Made by a program: the position numbers and the translations under genes
Source: Takakia lepidozioides
Lineage: Eukaryota > Plantae > Bryophyta
NCBI GenBank assembly: GCA_030704615.1
Contig: CM060734.1
Location: 60,078,001-60,142,000 of the forward strand
Direction of reading: 5' to 3'
DNA length: 64,000 nt
Part shown: in pieces, positions 11,195 through 23,582 of the stretch
Layout: every line of letters begins with the position of its first letter
Position numbering within the stretch: position 1 is the stretch's first letter
Notes under the pieces: model-generated
The model's database searches: none
Told to the model about the DNA's origin: nothing
What the model saw: the letters and a program-made list of their open reading frames with translations, nothing else

Positions 11195-14100
11195 ATGAGT
11201 GATGAAAGAGAAGCTAGATGCCAGAGATATTCAGCAAAAAGAGAAAGCTATCTGAAAGCTAATTATCCATATCTTTGGGAGAGAGGAATAGACATAGGGG
11301 AATCATCTGGACCTCTCACACCATTAAGATCAAAGAGTACATCACCCATACCGGAAGAACTAGAGTTGGATGCCACTCCTTCGGTTTCTTTGCAAGAAAG
11401 ATTAAGGGAATTGGTACAGGAAGAAGATCAATCACGAGGTGAAAGATCTGAGGTACATCCCTGGATAAAAAATTTGACAGAAATCTTTGATAAGAGTTGG
11501 CATGGAACACCAAAAGCAGGAACTCCAGCTTCTGAAGCAGACGGTGAAGAAGGAGAAGAGGATGTGGCAGAGCCAACGGAGAGTTCAGACTCTCCAACAC
11601 CATTACAGTTGAGTTACATGAGTGAAGAAGAAACCCAAGGGCATAACTTGGAGGATGAAAACAGAGAGAAGAAATTGGAAGAGGAAGGATATGAAGAAGT
11701 AGACCCAACAGCTGAGGTTGAGACTACAACCAGGACATCCCAACCCGTTGGACCTGGATCAAGTGGAGCACTTGGATCACAGGCCAACGAAGGTGTCGGC
11801 TCAGGGGGATCAGGCGGGCTGCCTGGATCTGGCTCTGGGGGGACAGGGAGTGTGGGAAGTAGTGCAACTGAAGCTGGGAATACGTGAATATCGTGGGGCC
11901 GGAAGCAGGGAGTGCTCAAGGGCCACCACTTGGTGGAAGATCCACCACAAAAACAACAGGTCCAGGAGGACCAGCACCAGCAAGGGTGCCAGCACCTGTC
12001 AGTGGGCAGAAGGTAGGGCCACAGATAGCGTTACAACCAACACGGGCAAAACCACCCTTTCCAATATATTCAGGAAAAGGGGATCCCGATGTACACATTA
12101 GCCAATTTGAGCACATGTGTATAGTGAACAATGAGAATGGCGATGATGCCAAGATGAGATTGTTTCCTTGTTCACTTATCAAGAAAGCAAGTGAATGGTA
12201 TGCAAGATTCCCTGATAATCATTTCCTAACCTGGAATGGCTTGAATACAGCATTTCGAAATAGGTTCAAGACAAGTAAAACTGAGGATGAAGTGTATAGG
12301 AGTTTACAACAGCTGAAGCAGAAGAAGCATGAAACTGTTGAAGAGTATATGGAGAAGATGGAATTGATGATGAAAAAACTGGCTGCAGTACCAGCACCCG
12401 GTTTAAAGAAGACTTGGTTTGTGAGTGGACTAAGACCGGAGTTGCAAAAGAAAGTGGATATGTTACCCCATAATACAGTGGAGGAGGCATTTGAAACTGC
12501 TAACAGAATTGAGCAATTGGGAATGCTCAGGAGAGAGAAAAAGGATGATGAGGACTCTGAGGATGAGTCAGATGAAGAAGAAGAGCAAGAACTAAAAAGA
12601 AAGAGTAAGAGAAAGGAGAAGTTGAAGAGGGATAACTATGAAAAAAGATTGGAAGAAATCTTGAAGAAGTATGCCACAGAGGCTGCAACACATTGGAGGA
12701 AGGGTGTATGGTGTGCAAAGTGCCAGAATGAAGGCCATACCACCACAGAATGCCACCTGAAGGAGAAACACTGTACTATCTGTAAAATGGATAACCATTC
12801 TACTGAGAATTGTTACTACAACAGAAGGACAGCTGCAAGAGAACCTAGGCAAGTAAGGGTGCATCAGGTGCAGCCCCAGCCAAGAAGAAACAATGATCAG
12901 GACCACTATGGTAGGTCTGGTGGTTATAACAATGGCATGGAAGGGAGAGGTAATTCAAGAGGGAATTACCAAGGAAATTCCAGAGGCAACTATCAGGGTA
13001 ATCCAAGGGGGAATTACCAGCCCGGGAATCAGGATTATAGAAATAATCCAAGAACAGACCAAGGGCGAGGACCCAATGGTGAAGAACTATGTTACTATTG
13101 TAATCAGCCAGGACATCGCAGGGCAGCCTGTTCATTCTGGATAAGACACCAGAATGAGATGAGAGCTCCTGTGAATGAGGGCCCAGTGGTGGCAGCTCAC
13201 ATGGTTAGGCCATGTGTTGTACCAGAAGTAAGTACAATGATAGTAACAAGAAGTAAAGCCAAACTAATACCTCCAGTAGTAGAGGAAGAAGATGATAATG
13301 AAGGTGGCAATGATATGCCTGAAGATGAAGAGACTTGGAAAGATGAGAAGGAACTGCACAAGGAAGTGGCAGATACTATAAGGGAAATGCAAAAGAGTAC
13401 TGATATTCCTGTGGCAGATTCCTCTGATTCTGATGGAGAAGAAGAAGGGAGTGAGGAAGAAAGGAAGAAAGAAGATGCAGACATGCAAAGTAATGAAGAG
13501 ACTTTGGCTGAAGTAATATGCCAGACCAAAGCAGAAATTACCATTGGACAGCTATTAGCTGTGGCACCTTATTGTAGGCACAGGCTGTATCAAGCAATCA
13601 ATCGAATTGCCCAGGAGACAGGAAACATAGACCTGAACAGCAAGGTGACCAGTTATAATGTGAAGCCGGAAGGGCGAGAAACAGTCATGGACTTTGATGA
13701 TTCTATGCCAGTAATCCAATTGAGAATTGGAAGCACAGAACTAACTGATATACTGATAGATGAGGTTCTGGAGTAAATATCAATGACAGACCTTCAGGAA
13801 TAGCGGGTCTAAGTAACATGAAACCAGCCCCATTTACAGTAACCAATGGCAGATTAAAGAAGTGTACAACGCCATTGGTTATTATAATTAGGAGTTAGAT
13901 ACAGATACAGAAAGATGATCTTTATGATCACAGTAACTGTGTTGAAAATGGATGAAGTCATGGAGCTACTCCTTATTATTGGGACGGCCGTGGCTGAAAC
14001 AGGCCAGGGTATTCCATGACTGGAATTCTCAGTTTACTACCGTGCATAATGGGATACAAGAGATACAAATTCCACAAAGAAATCTAGTAGATGAACCTGC

Positions 14101-17100
14101 TACAAGAAGAAACCTCGAGAGTCAGAGAGTATGACTGGAAAGGAGGACTGGATGAGGACAGAAGCTACCCCTATTTGCTGCACATCCAGAGTGGGAGCAG
14201 GTTGCAGAGATGCGTGCTGGAAAGCCTAAGTTGTTTGAGAGGTATCTGCTGTGGTGTAGTGACAGCAACACCAACTGAAGAGGACCAACCAGCATTTACC
14301 CCATCACATTCTATGAAGAAAGAGAAGGAGAAATAGAAATCCTAGAAGAACCAGCCACTGTGAGCTTAGAGGATGAAGTGGTGACTGGTTGGACAATTAC
14401 AGCTGATTTGCAGGTGAAGGAAGTAAATGTGGAAACTAAAGAGGAACCGAGGATGGTGAAAGTAGGAGCTGATTTGGAGCCGAATTCTTCGAAGAAGCTA
14501 AAAGCTTGTTCATCAAATACAGAGATGTAATTTGCTTGGAGCTATGAGGATCTAAAGGATACCACCTGAAGTCTGTCAGCATAAGATTGAACTGGAACCA
14601 GGGTCAGTACCAATCAAGCAGGCGAGGTATAGAATGAATCCCAACTACGCACAGAAGTTTGAGAAGAGATAAAGAAGTTGGCTGAGGCTAAGTTTATATA
14701 CCCCATAGAGTATACAACTTGGTTGTCACCCATTGTTATAGTTCCCAAGAAGAATGGCCAACTAAGAGTATGTGTGAACTATAAGAAGCTGAATGCTTGT
14801 ACGAAGAAAGATCCTTTCCCTTTGCCATTCACAGAGCAGTATTAGACACTGTGGCAGGCCATGAGATGTACTCATTCATGGATGGCTTCAGTGGTTATAA
14901 TCAAGTGCAAGTGGCAGAAGAAGACCAAGGGAAAACAGCTTTCATCACAGACTGGGGGGCTTATAATGCATACAAGTCATGCCCTTTGGACTTTGTAATG
15001 CACCAGCAACCTTTCAGAGAGTGATAAGTGAATCTTTTCATGAGTATCTGGATGATTTCATGCAGGTTTCTTGGATGATTTCAGTGTGTACCGCTCTAAG
15101 AATGAGCACTTGCATAAATTGGAATTAGTTTGGCCAGATGCAGGATGAGAGGGCTGGGCCTGAATCTAGAGAAGTGTACTTTCTCTGTGTGAACTCAGGG
15201 GTGCTTCTGGGACACATTGTGTGTAAGAAGGGACTCCTTGTGATCCCAGAAAGACAGAGTCCATTAAAGCCTCTCCACCACCAGTGAATGTTAAAAGTCT
15301 AAGGAGATTCCTTGGGCAAACCATTTATTACAGAAGATTTTTCAAAAGGTATGCACAAATAGCAGCACCATTGAGAAAACTACTGAAGAAAGATGCAGTG
15401 TTTGTCTGGACAGCTGAATGTCAACAGGCGTTTGAGGAACTTACACTCTCAGTACAAAACTACAACCTGTGCTGATTAACCCTCACTGGCATGTAGTATT
15501 TCATGTTCACTGCGATGCATCAGGAGAAGCGTTGGGAGCGGTGTTAGCCCAGAATGTTACAGGAAATATAGATTCACCTGTGTACTATGCTAGCTGGTTG
15601 ATGAACAGTGCTGAAAGGAACTATAGCACAACGGAAAGAGAAGCATTGGCAATGATCTATGCAGTGAAGAAATTCAGGCATTACCTGTTGGGCAAGAAGT
15701 TTATGTTCTATGTGGATCATCAGGCTCTGATATAACCTGGTAACAAACCTCTGATAAGCGGAAGAATAGCAAGATGGTTGATAATCTTGCACGAGTTTAA
15801 GTTCGAGGTTGTTTACAAGCCTGGGGGACTGCATCTTGTGGCGGATCATTTGTCACGGTTATCAACAGGAGAACCTGCCACAGGAATAGATGATCAATTA
15901 CCAGATGCGAGTCTCTTTGCAGTGGAGGTGCAGGGAAGTGCAGATGACTGGTTTAGATTGGCAGTGGCCAATCAGATACTACCTTGCTCATGGTCAGTGC
16001 CCACCTAGTTATGGTAAGGAGCAGAGGAAGAGAATCGCTATCAAAGCTTTACCTTACCTAACTATGGTAGGAAGCAAGAATGTATAAGCTAGGACCTGAT
16101 GGAGTACTAAAACGATGCTTGTAGCACCATGAAGTAAATAAAGTTTTGGAGGAAGATCATAAAGGAGTGGCTGGAGGTCATTTTGGAGAAGAGACTACCA
16201 GTAGGAAGATACTACTCGCAGGTTAGTGGTGGCCTACTTTGTTCAAAGATGTACACGAGTATTGTCAGAGTTGTGATGAATGTCAGAGGCTAGGACCTTT
16301 GCAGAGATTTGGAAGGATGGCCTTGCATCCTACAATGCCTACGGAACCATTTCAGAAATGGGGACTAGACTTTGTTGGACCGATAAACCCACCAGCCAAG
16401 AATACACGGAACAGGTACATAATTACAGCCACTGATTATACTACGAAGTGGGTGGAAGCTAAAGCTTTGAGGGACAACACAGCCAAGTCCACAGCAAGGT
16501 TCCTGTACGAGAACATACTTACACGATTTGGCTGTCCCTTAGAATTTATCAGTGATCAGGGAAGTCACTTCATGAATGAGACCATTGAGTTGTTGACTAA
16601 AGAGTTCATGATTGTACATAGAAAGAGTACAACATATTACCCACAGGGTAATGGGCAGGCAGAGGCTACCAACAAAATACTATGTACTATCTTGGCTAAG
16701 ATAGTCAATGCAAACAGAACTGATTGGGATACAAAGCTGCTGACAGCTTTGTGGTCATACAGGACTTACTATAAAGTCAGCACTAAGTATACACCATTCC
16801 AATTAGTTTATGGAATGGAAGCCTTACTTCCAGTGGAATTCCTGTTACCTACCATGAGAACGGAGTGGGGAAAAAGAATGGAATTGCAAGATTCCATTAA
16901 GGTCAGGAAACATGAATTATACCATGTGGAAGAAGTACGTGCTGATGCAGCTGATAATATGACCAGAATTCAGATGAAGAGGAAGGAACAGTTTGATGAA
17001 GGCAAGTTAAAAACCTTTAAGACGGGAGATTTGGTTCTATGGTTGCAGAAAAAGGGAAAGATTAAAGCTTCTAAGCTTAAATCACCATGGAAATGACCGT

Positions 17101-17861
17101 ATGTCATACAAAAGATGTATGATAACAACACCGCCATGTTACAAACCATTAATAAAGAAATGCTGGGAAGAGTCAATGCCAATAAGTTGAAGGGGTACGG
17201 TGGTATCCATGACAAACCATTGCAGCATGATTTGCATGTTGAAACGCAAGAGCAGTCACGGGCTGCACCGGGGTTACAAACGGAGTATGGAGCACTTGTC
17301 GCTAGGCCAAGCACATATGATCAGGGCGGGCAAAACAAGCGTGACACAGCCTATCACAACCCATCAAGGCGAACCACAGCCTATCACAGCACATCACGAC
17401 GTGACACAGCCTATCACAGCCAATCAAGGCAAAGCACAGCCTATCACAGCCCATCACGACGTGACACAGCCTATCACAGCCCAGCACGGCGCGACACAGC
17501 CTATCACAACCTACCACAGCGTGTCACAGCCTATCACTGCTTACCACAGCATATCACAGCCTATCACAGCTTACCACAGTGCATCACAGCCTATCACAGT
17601 GTACCCCAGTATGACACAGCCTGTCACAGCTCAACACAGCCTACTAGGGTTACACGATCCATAGAATCAGTGACAGGTGGACGCATAATAACTTCAGGAA
17701 AATGGCTGACGGAAGAAAAAACGGAAACTAGTTTAAAAATAGACACGTGGAGGTCAGGGCGCGACACACAGCTGAGAAGGAAATGCAAGACCAGGTGTCA
17801 TAAAGAAAGAGGACAAGAACGGCCGTCAAAAGGGATGAAAGGCGGGCCCATTAATGAATAA
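11195..17861 (+). pseudogene. gag-pol: gag-pro-RT-RH-INT of copy A (non-chromovirus, Athila/Phygy-like), frameshifted
   Basis: Gag capsid, 3 CCHC knuckles, RT (MDGFSGYNQ), RNase H (HCDASG, ERNYSTTEREAL), integrase (CQSCDECQR, WGLDFVGP, SDQGSHF, QGNGQAE) and a C-terminal TAYHS-repeat extension. Confidence 0.93.
17340..17640 (+). repeat. 10/30-bp tandem repeat downstream of integrase (CACAGCCTAT units; encodes TAYHSPSRRD-like repeats)
   Basis: About ten 30-bp units. The homologous array is at 54680-54935 on the minus strand in copy C. Confidence 0.9.
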
Positions 17862-17915
17862 GGAAAAAGGGAAACGGAACGAACGGCAAGTACAGAAAAG
17901 CGAAATTCTTGTCAC

Positions 17916-18838
17916 ATGTGTGATCCTAGTGGACTATCCAGCAGGGAAAGTCCACTAATGAAAATAAAATCTAAAATCCAGTCACAGCGGAGACAGCCAA
18001 TAGAAAACCAGAGAAAGGATCAAGAAAATGGAGGGAAATTGAGCGCAAGAGGCGGCGTCGTTCTGAGTAACGGGCGTCTCGACGGGACAGACCATCAATG
18101 CTATAGCTTGGAAACTATGGAGGAACTAACAGATTATACGCTCGCAATATTACTTACGCAGCATAGACACGAAAGAACAGAGCGGAGCTTTTCTCTTGAG
18201 CGATGCTTGCAAGCCCCGCAAGCCTACAAGAAATTACCCATAGCCTTCTGTGGCAACCATACGTTTATGCTTTGTGCACTACAGGCATTTCTGCAGTTGT
18301 TACAGCCAAAACAGTTCTGTGAGTCTAAAATGAAGAGAGTGAGAGGAATGGAGGAAATCAGGGTGAAGAGCACCACAATTCTGCAGAAACAAACGATTGC
18401 TACCTCACAGGCGATACAGATACTGGAGGAGCTGAGATTGCAAGGATTGCAAAGCCTAGATTGGACATTACACCATAGACAGTACATGTTACAATTTTTG
18501 CAGAACTTTGAGCCAAAGACAGGAACAACAACGGTGAAGGGAGTTGAATTAATGATTACTCCCCTATACCTCCAGCAATTGTTTCGATTGCCAGCAGGTC
18601 AGGTGCATATGGAGGAACACAGGGCAAGACTGCAAATAGGGGACTTATTCCAAGAAGGGAGTTTCTTTAAACTCAGGGTTATGCTTGTACCAAGGCTGTG
18701 TACCCAGGGCTAAAAGAGGTAGGCCAGGTATTGAACGTTCTGATTGCCATGAAACAGAACCAACAGTATTTGAGTAGATCCTTCACGGAGGAAATACTCA
18801 AAGGCCTGAAGGGAGAAGAGGTACAATGGGCGGACATA
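17916..18838 (+). pseudogene. Start of the 3' accessory ORF of copy A, truncated
   Basis: Homologous to copy C ORFs 53766..54815 and 53043..53756. Homology stops abruptly at about 18838. Confidence 0.8.
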
Positions 18839-19249
18839 GTCGTAGTCGTCGTCCCGGGCGTTGAAACGTGCCATGAATGCCCAATCGTCTTTTTGCTGGG
18901 CACCGCGTTTTTTTCCCGACAGGTAGAGACGTCACGGCGTTGGATTTCGGGTCGACCGTATGTTGGGGGACCAATTTGTGCAGTTTGACTGTGTCGTCGT
19001 CGACAGGGTTTTGAGCCCAAGTGATACATGAGGATTGGGCTAGGGTTAGGGATTGTGTAGACCGTCGGATTTTTGACGGCGTGGCATTCAATCGACGCCA
19101 TCGAATCCCGAATGTAACCGTGTCGATTCGATACGGTTTTTGGACATGGTGTCGGCAGAGACGGTTGTGGTGCTCGATAAGGTGCAGCGGAGGGAGCAGG
19201 ACCGCATCTGTTAGATCGCAAGAGCGGGCTGTGCGCGCTTCAGCAGACG

Positions 19250-19549
19250 ATGGCTCCGAGGGCGTTGACCAAAGCCGCGAATCTGAAGAGAAGCAGTAAG
19301 ACCGTGAAAAAGACGGTGCAAGTCAAGCCGTCGCCGCTGCTGCTACGAAGCCAAAAGGCGGATCTTTACTTGCGCATGTCAGATGAGAAGTGGCTCAAAC
19401 ATCAAGGGTTACATGATTTTTTCGAAACGGTGAAGTGGACGGTAGGACCGGACGCCGAAGCGAAGGCGCTAGAGTTGCTCAACTCCTTCACCTTCTCGAT
19501 TGTGTTTTTCTATACTTACCCCAGACTGGACTTGGAGGTATATTCTTAA
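19250..19549 (+). pseudogene. Chimeric ORF: TE-like N-terminus fused to an inverted primase exon
   Basis: Ends in IVFFYTYPRLDLE|GTAT (splice donor). This matches the plant PRIM1 segment EIVFxxTYPRLDxEVS. Confidence 0.55.
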
Positions 19550-20114
19550 AGGCTGTTAGTATTAACAAAAGAACACTCCAGTGTGCTTTCATCTTATATC
19601 CTGGCTCCTGGTGTAATGTACAGGCCCCAATTTTGAATTGCTAAAATGAACAAATGATGGACTACCTTTGAATATCTTTCCAGAAGGGGTAAAGAAAACT
19701 TCTTGTCCTTCTATGCTGCTGCTTCAGTCCAAGCAAAGAAATTTGTCTGTAATGAGCAAGGTTGAAGTGAATGGTCGTACATATTCTGAAAATTTCTACA
19801 CTTAACAATCATGGTTCTCTCCCGTGAAGTTTTCTTCACAAATTTGAAATCTATACTACAATTGCTGATATGACCATAGTTTCTAGACCTGTTCAGAGAA
19901 TGGGGTGGGATCCACCCAAAGCAAGCCCCCCACCGACAGCCCAACATTTCCAATCACAGAGATAACCCATTAAGGGGAGAGTAGGTGTGTACTACGAGGA
20001 CCCTGCTCACCAACAAGTCTATGAGAAATTCTTCCATGTAACTATGCATCATATGCAGCCCTGACCACAAATGACAGCCAAGACAACGGTGACTAAAAGA
20101 AGTTGAGTAGACAC

Positions 20115-22510
20115 CTGCATTCTCTTGGATGACAAACCCAAAAATGGACACCACGTCGACCCCTATAAACCCATAGTACGTGCTCAAATCCAAAGTCCTC
20201 TGCAATAACAAATGAACAAAAGCATATTGAAGCCATTCCTAATATGTGCAGCCATGAGAAGCTTAGTTGCAGCTTCAAGACACAAGGGCTTAAGGAGAAG
20301 TGTGCTATTTGGAACCTCTAGAGGGCCAGGAACAAGTTTCACTGTGAAACTTTTAATCACATGCATGCCTCAGCCACAATTACAAGCTCAACCAGAATCA
20401 TCCCGTATCAGAACCTCCAAAAAACTATGTGAATGCATGGGGAAAAAGACCGTTCCTTGTCGAAAAGTATTGATTGCATAACATCATCAGCTACGATAGC
20501 ATGCGAATAGCATGTACCTGCATATATGTACATTCAATGAAAGGGTGACAAGTCAATGCGCCAGAGCACAATCTATTATAAGACCTTGTGGGATCTTGAC
20601 GAAGTAAACTAAGAGGGAAAAAAAGATTAGACCTCTGAGAGCAGTATCCATAACTTTGATGGCAATTGTCCTGAGAGGCCAACATTGCAGACATACATCT
20701 GCCCCGCTGCAACAATGGCGAATGTCATCATAGTCTGTCATATCCTGCCAGAACTACGACCCCTTCAGCACAGCTTTAAGACAACATGCCCTCTCAGACA
20801 CGCAGCTACATTCTTCTGCTTTAATTCATTGAAAGGGCGGGGGCATCCCCCTGCATCACAAAGCCGATGTCTTGAATTTGTGCTTTAACTTTTTCTATCA
20901 TATTTTGTCCCATGGGCTCTCTCTCTCACATGGGCCAAGGCAAACAACGTCTTATGAGTACATTCTCTCTCATGGGCAGCAGTTTTAGTTTTTTCATATG
21001 CTTTTTTGGTTGATATATTTGTGTCACATGCACATAGAACTTTCAGATCAGGGCCAGAAGCTCACAATGTAAAAAACAAGCTTTCTCTCCATAGGAGAGA
21101 AGACTCGGTCTGCTCCCATGCTTGAATTATGTTGTCTTCTTAATATGCTGCAGCACCACTACAGTCAATCGGTATGTAGCCATAAATTGAGATGTAGTGA
21201 AGAGACAAGTCATTATCCTCACTGCTCCATGTCTATAACGTAGACTTAAAAACCCAAGTTTATACCAAACAAATGACTTCATTTGTCCAATGGCTGTTCC
21301 TCTTGTAAAAGTTATTCACTCCAGGAAAAATAACTATGTATTTGCTGACAGGTGCAGAAATTCAATGAAAGAATCAGGTAACCTTAAGTGGACTGCTATG
21401 TTCATGGTTTCCCACAACTGAAGTAGCCACTGCTCAGTGATGGCTCCCCAAATACTACAGACTTGACGTAAGAATCTTACATCAACATTGTAAACGACCC
21501 CTATGTCAATCTTGTGAGCGCACTTGTCCCTTATGGCCACCTCCATCCCAACAGCATTGTGGAAGGACAAGTAACGCACATAGACATCATGCTCCAAGGT
21601 GAACGAGAACTCCCTCCTCCCGAAAAAGGAGGGGTCGCACCTTGGATGCTTTCCATCTGTAGACCCCACACATGCAAAATTGCAACCCATTCTCTCCTGA
21701 GGACAAGCCATCTCAAATCATTGCTTCAAGTGTAAACGGTTGCTAAAAGTCACAGCTCATAGTTAGAGCAGCAAAGAAGTGAAAGTGCGACTTGCAACAG
21801 CTACAATTCCCTTACTAAAGTCATCCGCTCCACTTCAAATTCCTATAGGTCTCCGTATATGTTTAAAAAAAAAACTTTGCTAAGTCCTAGGAAAGCTCAA
21901 AGAGCTTAAATACAAAAGAAAGCAGGGTACAAGACAGAATGCTGAACAAGGAGTCCAAACGCAGCTACTCTAAGGTGGTAAACAAACAAAGAGACATGAC
22001 GAACTCCCGAGTTATTGACAAAGACCACATTGTTTGGGAATTTACCTTGTCCATATGACAACCACTTGTGCATCTCTGTGTAAGGAAACAACTTTCATGG
22101 TAGCACATCAAACATATGAGCTCAATCTACGGGCCTGGAATGCAAAGGTACGAAAACAAGCGATTCGCATCAACATCAACAATAACGTCTGAATGAGGTG
22201 GCAAAGAGACCTAGCAGCTCAAAATGGCAGACCGGGCAGATCAGACGTATTGTGCGTGTACACGCGCTGAATTCATGTGGAGTCGACCGATGAGATTATG
22301 ACCAGACAAACCAATATGGGAGAAGACATAAACTAGGTCCTGCAATCCACACTGTCAGACCATCCAAGACTTACCATAATAAAGCCGCAAATAGTCAGGG
22401 CTAAATCCTTCACACAGCTGGCGGGTTTCTACAGTGTCTTTATTCGCATCATCGTTCTCGTCAAACTCCGCGCGGTCCTCATCCATGGGCTCCGGGGGTT
22501 GTTCTCCCAT
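20115..22510 (-). pseudogene. PRIM1: DNA primase small subunit pseudogene (5' half)
   Basis: Exons encode YLRLYYG / KLFPY..MHKWLSYG / RREFSFTLEHDVYVRYLSF..KIDIG.VYNVD / ERKLVFYI / DMTDYDDIRHCCSGADVCLQCW / [19 protein letters not shown]. Catalytic FDID has become FYID and SGRRG has become RGRRG. One exon is frameshifted and the C-terminal exons are missing. Confidence 0.88.
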
Positions 22511-23582
22511 GGTCCTCGATTCAAGTGAACACAAATGACTCTAGAGATAAGGAAAATGAAGGTACATTTCAGCTACCGTCCAGTCCCTCACAGACTGGTG
22601 AACAATGTTGTGTATTCTGCGGCTACATTCACAGCAAACAACAGACTAGATTTATAGAGACATTCTCAATATCCTCCTCGAAGCTCCACTGTAACACGCA
22701 ATGGACCCTTTTCTCACAAGCGGACCAAGAAGAAAGGAAGAGCGCCAAGAGAGGATGAAAAAAGTGGGAAATGATTGCTGGCTGCATAGGCTTCCTTAGG
22801 GATGAGCTTCTATCATCCGTAGGGACACATCCATTCAGTTTTCATCCCCGTGAATCATCTATCTCCTCGGAGTGGGAGTCTCAATGGATGTATGAACCCA
22901 AGAACTTGGATGTATAATAAAGTTTTGCCCGTACTAGATGAATGTATCTAGATTGGGGTGCCTCGTGAGGGTTCAGCTGATTCACGGTGCTCGGCCAGCT
23001 CCTGTGACATGGCCCAACTGCGATGCCATTTGCGGTTTTGCCACTCTTTTGCCAATTTGCATGCTGCACTGTCTTGCGAAAAGCTTAGGCTAAAGCAGAG
23101 CGGTTAGCTTAAATTAAACATGGCGCTTGGGGCTGGCTAAACTTATCGTGGAGACTCATATTGCATCCGCGCTACTGCCTTTTGTGAACACTACGGGCGA
23201 GAGATGTGGATATGGAAGCGATGTTATACAGAGTTCTGGATTAGCAACAACCGGTGCATGACCAAGAGAATAAGTGGAGCGTGTCAGTGGACTCGAAGAA
23301 GACAGAGAGACGCCATGGCCATATAGACTGATTTCTAGCTTAGTAACAAAAAGAGAATTATGTGGTGTAGATTGCAATAGCAGTGTGACTGGCCTTTGAT
23401 TGAATGGACTCAGAGCAGAGACGAGCGAACGTGGCAACGGTGGAAGCGCGTGGCAACTGAGAGCTTTACAACCTCAGTGCTACTTGCTTTCTGGTTGATT
23501 CTACGGCTGTGGGCGATTTAGGGTTTCGGGGTTGACTTCATCGGTTGCTCTCCCGGGGCCTGCATCAGTCAGCCTGGACAAC

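Noticed and set aside
13760-15320. Dense frameshifts in copy A protease/RT as possible recoding
   Set aside because: Many scattered 1-2 nt indels relative to copy B (where it overlaps) while the flanks are clean; more likely local consensus error or decay.
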